From contig JAZOTR010000091.1 of NCBI GenBank assembly GCA_045657745.1, positions 1 to 51,389 of the forward strand: a stretch of DNA of 51,389 bases. Reading direction: 5' to 3'. Below the pieces are notes generated by a model. That model did not search any database and was not told the DNA's origin. It worked only from the letters and a program-made list of their open reading frames with translations. Shown here piece by piece: positions 36,268 to 46,035 of this stretch; position 1 is the stretch's first letter; every line of letters starts with the position of its first letter. Made by a program: the position numbers and the translations under genes. This stretch comes from Acutalibacteraceae bacterium (lineage in GTDB: Bacteria > Bacillota > Clostridia > Oscillospirales > Acutalibacteraceae).

Positions 36268-37458
36268 ATGGATTTTTTAAATTTAAAAAAGTGTATGGAT
36301 AGAATAATTGATTATTATAAAACACCCGGTGTTGACTGCATTGTTTACAAAAACCATGAAATGATTTTCAGATATACAGCAGGTATGAACGACATTGAAA
36401 AAAACAAAAAATTAGACGGCAATGAGTTGTATATTATTTTTTCTATGACAAAAATGATTACTTGTACTGCAGCATTACAGCTTTTGGAAAAGGGGAAGTA
36501 TAAGCTAAGCGACCGCCTTTGCGATTATATGCCCGAATTTGGTAAGATGAAAATTGCCGCTAATGCGCTTAATACTGCAAATGCCGCCGATATCACTACC
36601 GGTAAGACTTCGGGTGAGGTGGCAAAAAATACAATCAGCGGTTACGCACAAAATCCTATTACAATAAAGGACCTGTTCACTATGAGCGGTGGATTGGATT
36701 ATGACCTTGGAGATGAGGCTATAACTAAAGCTAAGGCACAGGGTAAAACAAGTACACGTGATTTGGTTGGTGCTATGAGTGAAAAGGTTTTGGGATTTGA
36801 GCCTGGAACCCGTTTCAGATATAGTCTTTGCCATGATGTTTTAGGTGCATTGATAGAAATCTGGTCAGGCAAAAAGCTTGGAGATTATATGCAAGAAAAT
36901 ATTTTTGAGCCACTGGGCATGAAGAATACTTTTTTTGGAATTCCCAAGGATGAGGAAAGGCTTGAAAGGATGGCGGCACTTTATCAGCGGGATAAAGACG
37001 GAAACCCCCAAAAAAAGCCCCTTGTATGCGCCTTTAATCTTAGCGACGAATATCAAAGCGGTGGTGCGGGTCTAGTTTCCTGCGCAGAGGATTATGCTGT
37101 TTTTCTGGATGCACTTGCATGTGGCGGTATGGGTAAAAACGGCAACAGAATTCTTAATGAAGAAACCATTAGGCTTATGGGAACTAACCATTTAACTGAT
37201 ATGCAAAGTGAGGACTTCTTTCAATTAAGACAGGGATACGGTTACGGTCTTGGGGTTCGCACACATATCGATAAAGAAAAAAGCGGTTCTTTAAGTCCGT
37301 TGGGTGAATTCGGTTGGGATGGTGCTGCAGGCGCATTTTCGATGGTTGACACAGAGAATAAATTATCATTTACATATTTTCAACATATTCACGGATGGGA
37401 TATTGCAATTCAGTCCGAAATGCGAAATGCATTGTATGAGGATTTTTCTTCAAATTGA
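36268..37458 (+). CDS. Serine hydrolase of the beta-lactamase / PBP4* (class C-like) family
   Basis: SMTK (SxxK) nucleophile motif at FSMTKMITC; about 397 aa; no signal peptide; AAAGGTGG RBS before ATG 36268. Confidence 0.75.
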   Translation: MDFLNLKKCMDRIIDYYKTPGVDCIVYKNHEMIFRYTAGMNDIEKNKKLDGNELYIIFSMTKMITCTAALQLLEKGKYKLSDRLCDYMPEFGKMKIAANALNTANAADITTGKTSGEVAKNTISGYAQNPITIKDLFTMSGGLDYDLGDEAITKAKAQGKTSTRDLVGAMSEKVLGFEPGTRFRYSLCHDVLGALIEIWSGKKLGDYMQENIFEPLGMKNTFFGIPKDEERLERMAALYQRDKDGNPQKKPLVCAFNLSDEYQSGGAGLVSCAEDYAVFLDALACGGMGKNGNRILNEETIRLMGTNHLTDMQSEDFFQLRQGYGYGLGVRTHIDKEKSGSLSPLGEFGWDGAAGAFSMVDTENKLSFTYFQHIHGWDIAIQSEMRNALYEDFSSN

Positions 37459-37560
37459 AAACTTAAATATAATGTTTATGCGTTTAAAAGCATAAATCCG
37501 AACAGGAAGAAAAGCGGAATGCAAAAAAACTTCACTATCAAAGCTATTAAAATATAAAAA

Positions 37561-37634
37561 TGTCATTCTAAGCGTTAGCGAAGAATCTCGTAGCCTAAAA
37601 CATAAGCAGTTCCTTCGTTGCACTCAGGATGACA
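37561..37634. repeat. Short palindromic element
   Basis: Imperfect inverted ends: TGTCATTCTAAGCG and AGCGAAGAATC on the left, CCTTCGTTGCACTCAGGATGACA on the right. Resembles a dispersed short palindromic repeat I have seen in gut anaerobes. Confidence 0.35.
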
Positions 37635-37845
37635 AAAGTATAGGTTGAATATCTATTAAGCTATACAAACAAAAAAACATGGAAAGAGCAAAATTATAAG
37701 CTTTTTCCACGACTTTTTTATTTAGTTGTCTGATTTAGTGGTTTTATGTTGAAAAATATTTACATATTGATTTTTCAATATTCAATTCTGCTGTAAGAAA
37801 GGGCTTTTTGCCCGATATTACTAGCACGGATATTACAAAAGAACA

Positions 37846-38148
37846 GGAGTATATCGGCAAAGAAAATACGGTCTTGCGACATGTATGAGTATTGCGGAAA
37901 AATGTGGAATGAGCAAGGAGGAAATTTTCAAGACGGTAACCGTCAATCCTGCCCGTATGCTTAGCGGCAAAAACAACGGCGGCTACATAACGGTTGGAGA
38001 TAAGGCAGATATTGCCGTTTTTTAAAAGGTACCAAGCAACTTGCAAATTACCGACCGATACAATAATTCAGTTATCCTTGACAGTACCTATAAATGTGTT
38101 TTAAATATTTTCGGGGATGAATTGTTCTTATCTGAAGAATACAGATAA
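37846..38148 (+). pseudogene. C-terminal remnant of an amidohydrolase-superfamily gene with in-frame TAA
   Basis: ...LATCMSIAEKCGMSKEEIFKTVTVNPARMLSGKNNGGYITVGDKADIAVF, then TAA at 38023-38025, then KVPSNLQITDRYNNSVILDSTYKCVLNIFGDELF in the same frame; no N-terminal part upstream. Confidence 0.5.
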
Positions 38149-38357
38149 GTCAGGACCTCCTGCTAAGTGCAGGAGGTTTGAATCGCCTTTCTAAGGCGGT
38201 TTCTTTCGATCATTAGGCGCAAGCCTTATGCTAAATAAATTTTATATACCGATGCTCCTAAGGCAAATAGCTGTAATTAGGATAAACTTGAAGTCAACAT
38301 TTAATGGTGCTGTTTCGGCGGCCCCTGTGACCTTTCACTCGGCGGAAAGGAAATGTA

Positions 38358-38807
38358 TTGGGAAATACCATTATTATTTACGGCGAAAGCGATATTTCGG
38401 TTTCAAAAGAAGTTGCAGATTTTTTAGAGAACGACAGGAAAAGGCAGGCGGCTGAGGCAAGGAGCGACCGAAGACACACGAGTAAGAGCGATTCCGAAAC
38501 AGTGCCGACAACTGCTCGACAGCTTGCTTTCAGTGATCCAACCTGGAACGCCGTTCTTAGAAACCTTTGCTTTGAAAAGTTGCATAGCGCAATAGCATTG
38601 CGTCTTCCCGATGAACGGCTTTTACTTCAGCGTTATTTCTTTGAAAAATATACATTGGAGCAAATCGGATATGAGTTTGGAATAAGTAAAATGGCTGTAT
38701 CAAAGCGGCTGAAAAAATTGCTGAGCCAATGCGGAGACTTATGGAAACATAGGTCTCTGTGTTTTTTTGAAAATTATTTTGTGATTTGGTTTACAAACCG
38801 CATTTAA
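38358..38807 (+). CDS. Sigma-70 region-4-type HTH protein typical of clostridial mobile elements
   Basis: LPDERLLLQRYFFEKYTLEQIGYEFGISKMAVSKRLKKLL; TTG start; odd hydrophobic C-terminus suggests a damaged 3' end. Confidence 0.5.
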   Translation: MGNTIIIYGESDISVSKEVADFLENDRKRQAAEARSDRRHTSKSDSETVPTTARQLAFSDPTWNAVLRNLCFEKLHSAIALRLPDERLLLQRYFFEKYTLEQIGYEFGISKMAVSKRLKKLLSQCGDLWKHRSLCFFENYFVIWFTNRI

Positions 38808-39229
38808 CTGTCCTAATAAGTAGAGGGATAAATTTCGGAGCACAGATAGCGCCATATATTTTGTCTGATGCCTTCTGTAATTTATCTTTCATTAGTTTAT
38901 ACAAGTGAGCTGATGCCGAATGATTGAGCCGCAATCTAAAAACTTGAATTTGAATAACAAGATTTTTTGAGATGTTATTGCTTATTCATAACACACAGTA
39001 AAATGCTCTAAAACCATTGAAAATAAAGGATTTTCCGCAAACGACTCATTTCATCCCATCATATGGTGTTACGTCGTTTTACCCTCGCCCGACCGATTAT
39101 AAGGGCAAAATCAAGGGAAAGAATCATAAAAAATTTAATTTTTAGATTTGGAAAACGAACTGTTGCAATGTGAATTTACAAATGAATTGAGGACTTATCG
39201 TAAAAAGATCCCAAATATTTGCAATCAAA

Positions 39230-39928
39230 TTGCAGTCGAAATCCGGTCTTATTTTCTTTTTCGTCCTGGCAGCATACAATCTGCTGTTGGGCGTGTATCT
39301 GAAAGACTTTTTTGTGCTTTCACCAATGCTGTTGACATTCTATTTGCTCTCAGCATTACAGACATTATTTTTCGTCCTGAAAATACGGTCAATGCCAATG
39401 CGTGCAATCGTACTCGTTGTTCTGTTTTTCGTCCTTGGAATGAGTTTGGTCAGTTCTTTTTATTGCCGCAGGCTTCTGACGATGTTGACGTTTATTGTTA
39501 CGGCTATAGAAATGATGTACTTGGTATTGTCGATAACAGCTCCGGCAAAGACAAACTGCTGACGAAATTTGTGCCGGTTGTGAAAGCGACGAGGAAAAAG
39601 TGCAATCATTTTATGATTGGATCGTATCTAACTTTGAGTACGACCATGACTGCTATCCCATTTTCCAATACTTTGATGTTCGCAAGACACTGCAAACCAA
39701 GCAAGGAATTTGCTTTGACTTTTCCCATCTGTTCACGCGCTTGCCGAGTTCTATATTGCAAACAAGCAGGAGCAGAGCGAATGGGTGATCTTGCCCGTGA
39801 CCAATATCGGCGCATATCTCGGTAGCTCGTCGCTCGGCAGGCAATATTTGAGCAAGATACCGCCCGAACTTATGGAACGTAAGCAGAGTAATTTGGGTGC
39901 GGCGTTTATAGAATGTTTCTCTAACTAA
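39230..39928 (+). pseudogene. Membrane-anchored transglutaminase-like protein, several frame breaks
   Basis: The TM-rich N-part (39230..39562) and the FYDWIVSNFEYDHD...LQTKQGICFDFSHLF Cys-core motif (39600..39788) lie in different frames; the tail continues in a third frame to 39928. Confidence 0.45.
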
Positions 39929-39945
39929 TAATTTATGTTTTTTAA

Positions 39946-39980
39946 CTATCGCCCTCGTTCAATCGAAACGAGGACGATAG
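39946..39980. terminator. Hairpin terminator (bidirectional) below the AraC gene
   Basis: CTATCGCCCTCGTT / AACGAGGACGATAG with one mismatch. Confidence 0.55.
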
Positions 39981-40790
39981 CTATTTGTCGTTATAGCGAG
40001 TAACTATCTTTTTAGCATAGTCGCGGGGAGATAATCCCATGCGACGCTTGAAAGCATGGCTGAAATAGGATTGTGAGGAAAATCCGCATTCGTAGGCAAT
40101 CTGCGTAAGTGTCATATCGGTAGATATCAGCATATTGATAGATTTTTTGATTCGTTGCTCTTCGATATATTCGTGCAGAGTTTTTCCGGTAGAAGCTTTG
40201 AAAAGCTTGTGAAAATATATTGCATTAAAATTTGCCACACTTGCCAGCTTCTCAAGCGTTAAATCTGCGGATAGGTTACTGTTTATATATTCAAGTACCC
40301 TCTCTATTGTTTTATGGTTATTACTTTTTTGAGTTAATTTTATGACGTGAGTGGCATTTTGGTTCAGTATATATATAAGCTTCAGAATTAGACTTTGAAA
40401 CAGTATATCATCATTTTCAATTCCTGTATTATAGTGTTCGCACAGCGATATAAATATCTCTTTAATCTGATCTGTATTTGAAAGATCAATATAGTTTGGA
40501 AGAGTGGTAAGTATGTCCCCAAGATACCCGTCGCTCACAATCATATGAATATAATAACACTTAAACGGCAAACGGGTGTGTCGGATTTGCCCGGGTTTTG
40601 CACAAATGACTGTATTCTCATTGATCAGGTGAGATTCATCATCGATATATGACATTCCTCCGTTGCCAATGGGTAGTTCAAGCTCAAACATCGTCGTTTT
40701 TCTGTTTTTGGATATTGTTCGGTTCTTTATTGCAATTTGGGCATTGTATATTCCGATCGCAACGATCTGTGGCAAAACAATTTCTTTCAT
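39981..40790 (-). CDS. AraC-family transcriptional regulator
   Basis: C-terminal double HTH (LTLEKLASVANFNAIYFHKLFK ... MTLTQIAYECGFSSQSYFSHAFKRRMGLSPRDY); divergent from the sugar-acid genes. Confidence 0.85.
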   Translation of the reverse strand: MKEIVLPQIVAIGIYNAQIAIKNRTISKNRKTTMFELELPIGNGGMSYIDDESHLINENTVICAKPGQIRHTRLPFKCYYIHMIVSDGYLGDILTTLPNYIDLSNTDQIKEIFISLCEHYNTGIENDDILFQSLILKLIYILNQNATHVIKLTQKSNNHKTIERVLEYINSNLSADLTLEKLASVANFNAIYFHKLFKASTGKTLHEYIEEQRIKKSINMLISTDMTLTQIAYECGFSSQSYFSHAFKRRMGLSPRDYAKKIVTRYNDK

Positions 40791-40904
40791 AGCCCCTCCA
40801 AAATAACAAGATATCTAATAAATACGGCAAATAATATGTAGTTCAAAAGCAAGAAATATTATATAATGAAATAAATGCGATGTCAATACAAAGGAGGGAA
40901 TTTT

Positions 40905-41588
40905 ATGAAAATAACGTGGATTGGTCAAGCCGGATTACTTTTTGACAACGGAAAAATAAAAATTATGATCGACCCATATTTGTCGGACAGTGCGGAAAGA
41001 ATAGAACCTAAAAATTTTCGCCGCGTGCCGATACAAATGGAACTCTTTGATATTGAGCCGGATATTATGATATTCACGCACGATCATCTCGATCACTATG
41101 ACCCTGAAACAGCTCCTCGTTTTTTTGCAAAGCAAGAGAAGCAAATGACAGTTCTTAGCCCAACTTCAGTCTGGCAAAAGGCGCGAGTCCACGGCGGTGC
41201 TCACAACTATGTGGAGTTTAACCGACATACCGAATGGACAGAGCATGGATTCCGTTTCCGTGCGGTCAAAGCCGCACACAGTGACCCCTATGCTATCGGT
41301 GTTATCATTGAGGACATCTTGAAAAATAAAAGATACTACATAACGGGAGATACGCTTTACAATACTGAAATATTTAACGATCTACCCGAAAATATCGACA
41401 TTGTTTTTCTTCCAATCAACGGAGTTGGCAACAATATGAACGAAGCCGATGCCGTAAGATTTTTCCGTGACTGCGGCGCAAAGCGCGCAGTTCCTTATCA
41501 TGTAGGTATGTTTGATGGTAAAACCCCTGATATTTTTGATGATGAAAATAAAATAATTTTAGAAGTATATAAAGAAACGGAGATATGA
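40905..41588 (+). CDS. MBL-fold metallo-hydrolase (possible lactonase)
   Basis: HDHLDH (HxHxDH) motif; 227 aa; AAGGAGGG RBS before ATG 40905. Confidence 0.8.
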   Translation: MKITWIGQAGLLFDNGKIKIMIDPYLSDSAERIEPKNFRRVPIQMELFDIEPDIMIFTHDHLDHYDPETAPRFFAKQEKQMTVLSPTSVWQKARVHGGAHNYVEFNRHTEWTEHGFRFRAVKAAHSDPYAIGVIIEDILKNKRYYITGDTLYNTEIFNDLPENIDIVFLPINGVGNNMNEADAVRFFRDCGAKRAVPYHVGMFDGKTPDIFDDENKIILEVYKETEI

Positions 41589-41592
41589 TTTT

Positions 41593-42753
41593 ATGAAAGT
41601 AACAGATATCAAGACCTTTGTGGTCGATTGTTTCCGCACAAACTGGGTATTCGTAAAGGTATATACCGATGATGGAATCACGGGTGTCGGAGAGGGAACT
41701 CTCGAATATAAGGAAAAGGCGCTTATAGGCGCAGTTGAGCATATTAAGGAATATCTTGTCGGTAAAAATCCGCTGGATATCGAGAAGCATTTCCACGATA
41801 TTTACAGGGACGCCTACTGGCGCGGCGGCGCGGTTTTAATGAGCGCGCTTTCGGCTGTGGAAACGGCGCTGTGGGATATTTTGGGTAAGCACTTAGGCGT
41901 GCCTGTTTATCAGCTTTTGGGCGGCAGGGTAAACGATAAGGTGCGCATTTACGTAAACGGTTGGTTTGCGGGTGCAAAAACTCCCAAAGAGTTCGGCGAA
42001 AAGGCAAAAATCGCCGTACAGCGCGGGGTTACGGCAATGAAGTGGGATCCGTTCGGCAAATCGTATCTTGAAATATCCAATAAAGACCTTAATACCGCGC
42101 TTGAATGTGTGGCGGCGGTAAGAGAGGCGGTCGGGAACGAGGTCGACCTGCTGATAGAGGGTCACGGCAGATTTAATGTGCCTACCGGTATTAAAATAGC
42201 AAAGGAATTAGAGCAGTTCGGTCCTATGTTCTTTGAAGAGCCTACACCGCCCGATAATTTAGAGGCTTTAAAGGCGGTAAGAGATAAGTCGCCGGTTGCG
42301 ATTTCTGCGGGCGAGAGACTTTATACCTTAAAATCCTATAAAGACCTCTTTGAAATGCGTGCGGCGGACTTTATTCAGCCCGATATCTCACACGCGGGCG
42401 GAATTATGGAGCTGAAAAAGATTGCCGCCGTTGCCGAGGCCTATTACATACCCTTTGCTCCGCACAATCCGTCGGGTCCTGTTGCTAATGCCGCGACTTT
42501 ACAGCTTGCCGCCTGTTGCCCGAACTTCAGCATACTTGAAATTATGTACAGCGACGTTGAGTGGAGAAAAGAAGTTACGAATGAAAAATTGGAGTATAAG
42601 GACGGCTATATCACAATCCCCGATAAACCGGGTCTCGGAATTGAAATCAATGAGGAAGAGTGCTTAAAGCACCCGTATCAGCCCCACACGCTAAGGCATT
42701 ATACAGGCGCACTTACCGATATACGCCCTGCGAAAACCGAATTTTATTTTTGA
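41593..42753 (+). CDS. Enolase-superfamily acid-sugar dehydratase (galactonate-dehydratase-like)
   Basis: MKVTDIKTFVV..NWVFVKVYTDDGITGVGEGT capping domain; DLLIEGHGRF, FFEEP, AGER metal-ligand contexts; APHNPSGP parallels DgoD APHCPLGP. Confidence 0.85.
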   Translation: MKVTDIKTFVVDCFRTNWVFVKVYTDDGITGVGEGTLEYKEKALIGAVEHIKEYLVGKNPLDIEKHFHDIYRDAYWRGGAVLMSALSAVETALWDILGKHLGVPVYQLLGGRVNDKVRIYVNGWFAGAKTPKEFGEKAKIAVQRGVTAMKWDPFGKSYLEISNKDLNTALECVAAVREAVGNEVDLLIEGHGRFNVPTGIKIAKELEQFGPMFFEEPTPPDNLEALKAVRDKSPVAISAGERLYTLKSYKDLFEMRAADFIQPDISHAGGIMELKKIAAVAEAYYIPFAPHNPSGPVANAATLQLAACCPNFSILEIMYSDVEWRKEVTNEKLEYKDGYITIPDKPGLGIEINEEECLKHPYQPHTLRHYTGALTDIRPAKTEFYF

Positions 42754-42767
42754 TAGGAGAACCAAGT

Positions 42768-44801
42768 ATGAACTGTACTGCAAAGGTAGTAAGGGATAAC
42801 GGAATATTAAAAATAAGCATCAACGGTGAGCTTTACAATCCGCTTTCCTTTAAGTCGTTCAGACCAAATCCGAAAAATGTATCTGAGTTTTACGCGGCGG
42901 GCGTTCGGCTTTTCAGCGTTCTTTCAAGCGGAATAACCTCTGCCTTGGGAGTACCGTATTCGCTTTACGGGGAATCCTGGGTAGGGGACGGGAGGTATGA
43001 TTTTTCCGCCATTGACAGGCAGATGGATATGTTTATAGAAAATGCCCCCGATGCCTATTTTGCCCCTATGCTCCAGCTTGACACGCGGGATTGGTATTTA
43101 AAGGAGCACCCCGAGGTTCCAAATTCCTTTACCCATTTATCCCAAATTGCCTGCGACAGTAATTGGAAAAGAGCGGCGGCAGACTATATGAAGGCGGCTA
43201 TTACTCATATAGAAGAAAAATACGGGGACAGAGTTTACGGGTACTTTATGCTTTGCGGCACTACTACCGAGTGGTTTTCCGACCATGATTATGAAGCGCC
43301 GCACCCGATAAAAAATGCGGGCTATAAAAAGTGGCGCAACGACCCTGACGCTAAACTGCCCGAGACCGACGCACTTGACAAAACAGGAGACGTCTTTTTA
43401 GGCAAGGATGAAAATGAGGTCTATTTAGCGCGCAAATTCCACAATGAGCTTATAGCCGACCTTATACTTTATTTTGCAGAAGAGGCTCAGTCGGTTATAA
43501 AAAAGAACAAGCTTTTGGGGGTCTATTACGGCTATCTTTTCGAGCTTGGCGGAAAAAGGCTTTATAACGCGGGAAGTCTCGGATATGAAAAGGTGTTTGA
43601 AAGCCCGCTTATAGATATGATATCAAGCCCGTCCTCCTACGGCTACCGAGGAATAAGCGACCCCAGCGCCTTTATGGTTACCCAAAAAACCCTTGATGCG
43701 CACAATAAGATTTATTTTCTTGAATTTGACCACATTACCCATGTTGCGCCCGAAAGAATAACCGACGGCTTGGACGGCAATGCGGACAACTGCAAAATGG
43801 TTACTATCCCCGGGGCGGGCAATAAGTGCAAAACCGAAACCGAGTCCTTAAATCTTATGTACCGCGACTTTATTCTTTGTATGTCAAAGGGCGCCGCACT
43901 TTGGTGGTTTGATATGTTCGACGGCTGGTTCCGCTCGGAGGGTATGATGAACGCCGTCAGCAGGATGCTTGAAATTGCGGGCAAGCTTACACAAAAACCT
44001 GCGAAAAGCGCCGCTCAGATAGCGGTATTTGCCGAGGGCGAGTCGATGTACAGGGCACGCAAAACCGCGAATCTTGCTTCTGTGTGTCTTGCAAATATCA
44101 GAAGGACCCTTGCGGAATGCGGAGCACCTTACGATCTCTATTCAATCTCGGATTTAGCGCTCGGAGAAGCCGACGATTATCAGATGTATATCTTTGTCAA
44201 TCAGTATGATGTATCAAAGAAAACAAGAGCACTGATTGAGGAAAAATGCAGGCGTAAGGGAAAAACGGTTTTATGGCTTTATGCGCCGAATTACGCAACC
44301 GACGGCAGCTTGAATGTTGAAAATATATCCGACATTACAGGAATGACCGTCACATCGGGCGAAAGCAGTCACGGCGGAATCGTATATGATGAAAAGCGGT
44401 TCGATTATCCCCTTAATGCTCCGTATTTCTCAATATGCGATAAAGAAGCCGCACCGCTTGCCTTATTTGAGGACGGTGCCGTAGCGGTTGCAAAAAGGGA
44501 GATTGCCGGCTTTAACAGCGTTTATTGCTCTACCTGTGATTTGCCCTCGGGACTGCTTCGGGATATTTTGGTTGATTCGGGGATTTTTGTTTACAGCAAG
44601 AACAGCCTTGTATATACCTATGTAAATTCCTACAGTATAGGCGTATATAACGCCACAGGTAAGGACGCCGAGATATACTTAAAGGAAGACGGAGTGTATT
44701 CGGATCTGATAAGTGGCGGGGAGCTAAGAAGTGAAAGCGGTACACTTAAAATTAAAAATCGTGAAATAAACGCCTTTTTACTTATCAAGAAACAGGAGTG
44801 A
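42768..44801 (+). CDS. Putative glycoside hydrolase, GH42-like three-domain architecture (family unassigned)
   Basis: 677 aa. Barrel-like N-domain with FHNE and YFLEFDH candidate acid/base and nucleophile contexts. Middle alpha/beta domain (QIAVFAEGES...YIFVNQYD). C-terminal beta domain. AGGAGA RBS before ATG 42768. Confidence 0.5.
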   Translation: MNCTAKVVRDNGILKISINGELYNPLSFKSFRPNPKNVSEFYAAGVRLFSVLSSGITSALGVPYSLYGESWVGDGRYDFSAIDRQMDMFIENAPDAYFAPMLQLDTRDWYLKEHPEVPNSFTHLSQIACDSNWKRAAADYMKAAITHIEEKYGDRVYGYFMLCGTTTEWFSDHDYEAPHPIKNAGYKKWRNDPDAKLPETDALDKTGDVFLGKDENEVYLARKFHNELIADLILYFAEEAQSVIKKNKLLGVYYGYLFELGGKRLYNAGSLGYEKVFESPLIDMISSPSSYGYRGISDPSAFMVTQKTLDAHNKIYFLEFDHITHVAPERITDGLDGNADNCKMVTIPGAGNKCKTETESLNLMYRDFILCMSKGAALWWFDMFDGWFRSEGMMNAVSRMLEIAGKLTQKPAKSAAQIAVFAEGESMYRARKTANLASVCLANIRRTLAECGAPYDLYSISDLALGEADDYQMYIFVNQYDVSKKTRALIEEKCRRKGKTVLWLYAPNYATDGSLNVENISDITGMTVTSGESSHGGIVYDEKRFDYPLNAPYFSICDKEAAPLALFEDGAVAVAKREIAGFNSVYCSTCDLPSGLLRDILVDSGIFVYSKNSLVYTYVNSYSIGVYNATGKDAEIYLKEDGVYSDLISGGELRSESGTLKIKNREINAFLLIKKQE

Positions 44802-44808
44802 TATTTTT

Positions 44809-45603
44809 ATGAACAGAGCAGTATTTGTGACAGGCGGCACCGTCGGAAGCGGGCTTGCCTGCGCGGAGCGGTTCGCAAAGGAAGGCTATGATGTTTTTAT
44901 AACCTCAAGAAACGGAGAACGCGCTAAGGTTGCGGCAGACGGGGTTGCCGAAAAATACGGAGTTTTCGCTAAGGGCTATGCGCTTGATATACGGGACGAA
45001 CAGCGAGTTATCGATGTTTTTAACGATATTGACGGTCTTGACCGTTTTGTAGAAACAGTTGTACTTAATTCTGCGGATATGGGCTTCGGCACAGACCCCG
45101 CAAAGGGAATGGACTTTTTCACCGTGCCTGTTGAAGAGTTCCAGCGCGTTTTTGAAACAAACCTTGTCTGGAATTTTATGATTGTCCGTCAGGCGGCATT
45201 GCGTATGAGGGAGCATCATAAGGGAGCGGTGGTGTTTATCGGCTCAAACACCTCATACCGTGCAATTCCCAACCGCAGTGCATACGGCGCTTCAAAGGGC
45301 GGAATAAACGCTATGTCCAAGGCGTTTGCGATTGATTTAGGACCTTACGGCATACGCTCAAACGTTGTACTCCCCGGTACTATTAAAACCGCACGCTGGG
45401 TGGAGATGGGCTCAAAGCAGATTGTAAACGGCACTCTTACCCCTATCGGCGATATTTCCGACTTTGAGGATATAGCCAATGCCGCGTGGTTCTTAGGCTC
45501 GGACGAGTCCAAAAATATTACGGGAGCGGAAATTATTGTTGACGGCGGTATGAGTTCACAGCTTTATCCGCAGCTGCTTAACGCATTAAAGCGAAAGGCA
45601 TAG
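44809..45603 (+). CDS. Short-chain dehydrogenase/reductase (SDR)
   Basis: TGGTVGSG cofactor motif, SNTS...YGASK catalytic motif. Confidence 0.88.
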   Translation: MNRAVFVTGGTVGSGLACAERFAKEGYDVFITSRNGERAKVAADGVAEKYGVFAKGYALDIRDEQRVIDVFNDIDGLDRFVETVVLNSADMGFGTDPAKGMDFFTVPVEEFQRVFETNLVWNFMIVRQAALRMREHHKGAVVFIGSNTSYRAIPNRSAYGASKGGINAMSKAFAIDLGPYGIRSNVVLPGTIKTARWVEMGSKQIVNGTLTPIGDISDFEDIANAAWFLGSDESKNITGAEIIVDGGMSSQLYPQLLNALKRKA

Positions 45604-45723
45604 CCTAAAAACTGCAAATTAATATATTGTAACAACCTCAGTAAATTGTAAAAATTTAGTCGATTTACAGTTGTTTAAAAATATGTTATAATTTTTCTGT
45701 AATATTTTTTTGCAATTGTACTA

Positions 45724-45895
45724 AAATTTTCGGGGGGTACACTGTTGAATACAGTGTATTACGAACAAAAGAGTGTAAAGTTGTCCTGCTATAACAAAGA
45801 AAATCTTACCGAGATTCCTCACTTTCATTCGGAGCTTGAAATGATAGTTTGCTTTTCGGGAAAGGTCAACTGCTTTTTAAGCGGACAGAATTTCG
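45724..45895 (+). repeat. Copy 2 of about 170-bp repeat (AraC 5' region)
   Basis: See 33686-33854. Confidence 0.85.
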
Positions 45896-45987
45896 GCATG
45901 ACGGTGTTAGGCTATCCGCAATCGGAGTGTAGGATCAACCCGGGCGAGAAATTTGATTTTACCGTCAAAATACAAAGAAGAAAATAA
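45745..45987 (+). pseudogene. 5' fragment of an AraC-family gene (first 50 codons or so), fused to unrelated sequence
   Basis: MNTVYYEQKSVKLSCYNKENLTEIPHFHSELEMIVCFSGKVNCFLSGQNF parallels the 33707 gene, then diverges. Confidence 0.6.
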
Positions 45988-46035
45988 AAAACGTCCCATT
46001 GGGAGAATACCGAAAGGAGTTAAACGGAGATTACT

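Noticed and set aside
38925-39125. Homology between this spacer and the region downstream of the serine recombinase (17428-17540)
   Set aside because: The shared words (ACTCATTTC, TAAGGGCAAAA, and GAACCACAGTCGAAAAC versus GAGCCGCAATCTAAAAAC) are short and not colinear. This is too weak to call a second element end without an alignment program.
39148-39825. 225-aa ORF overlapping the 39230 and 39600 ORFs
   Set aside because: Only short segments of this frame look meaningful. The membrane N-part and the transglutaminase core lie in the other frames. It is interpreted as one frame-broken gene rather than three overlapping genes.
42660-42767. Upstream extension of the GH42-like ORF (track start 42660) overlapping the dehydratase gene
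   Set aside because: The extension overlaps the 3' end of the dehydratase in another frame. A good AGGAGA RBS precedes ATG 42768, and the paralogue aligns from that Met.
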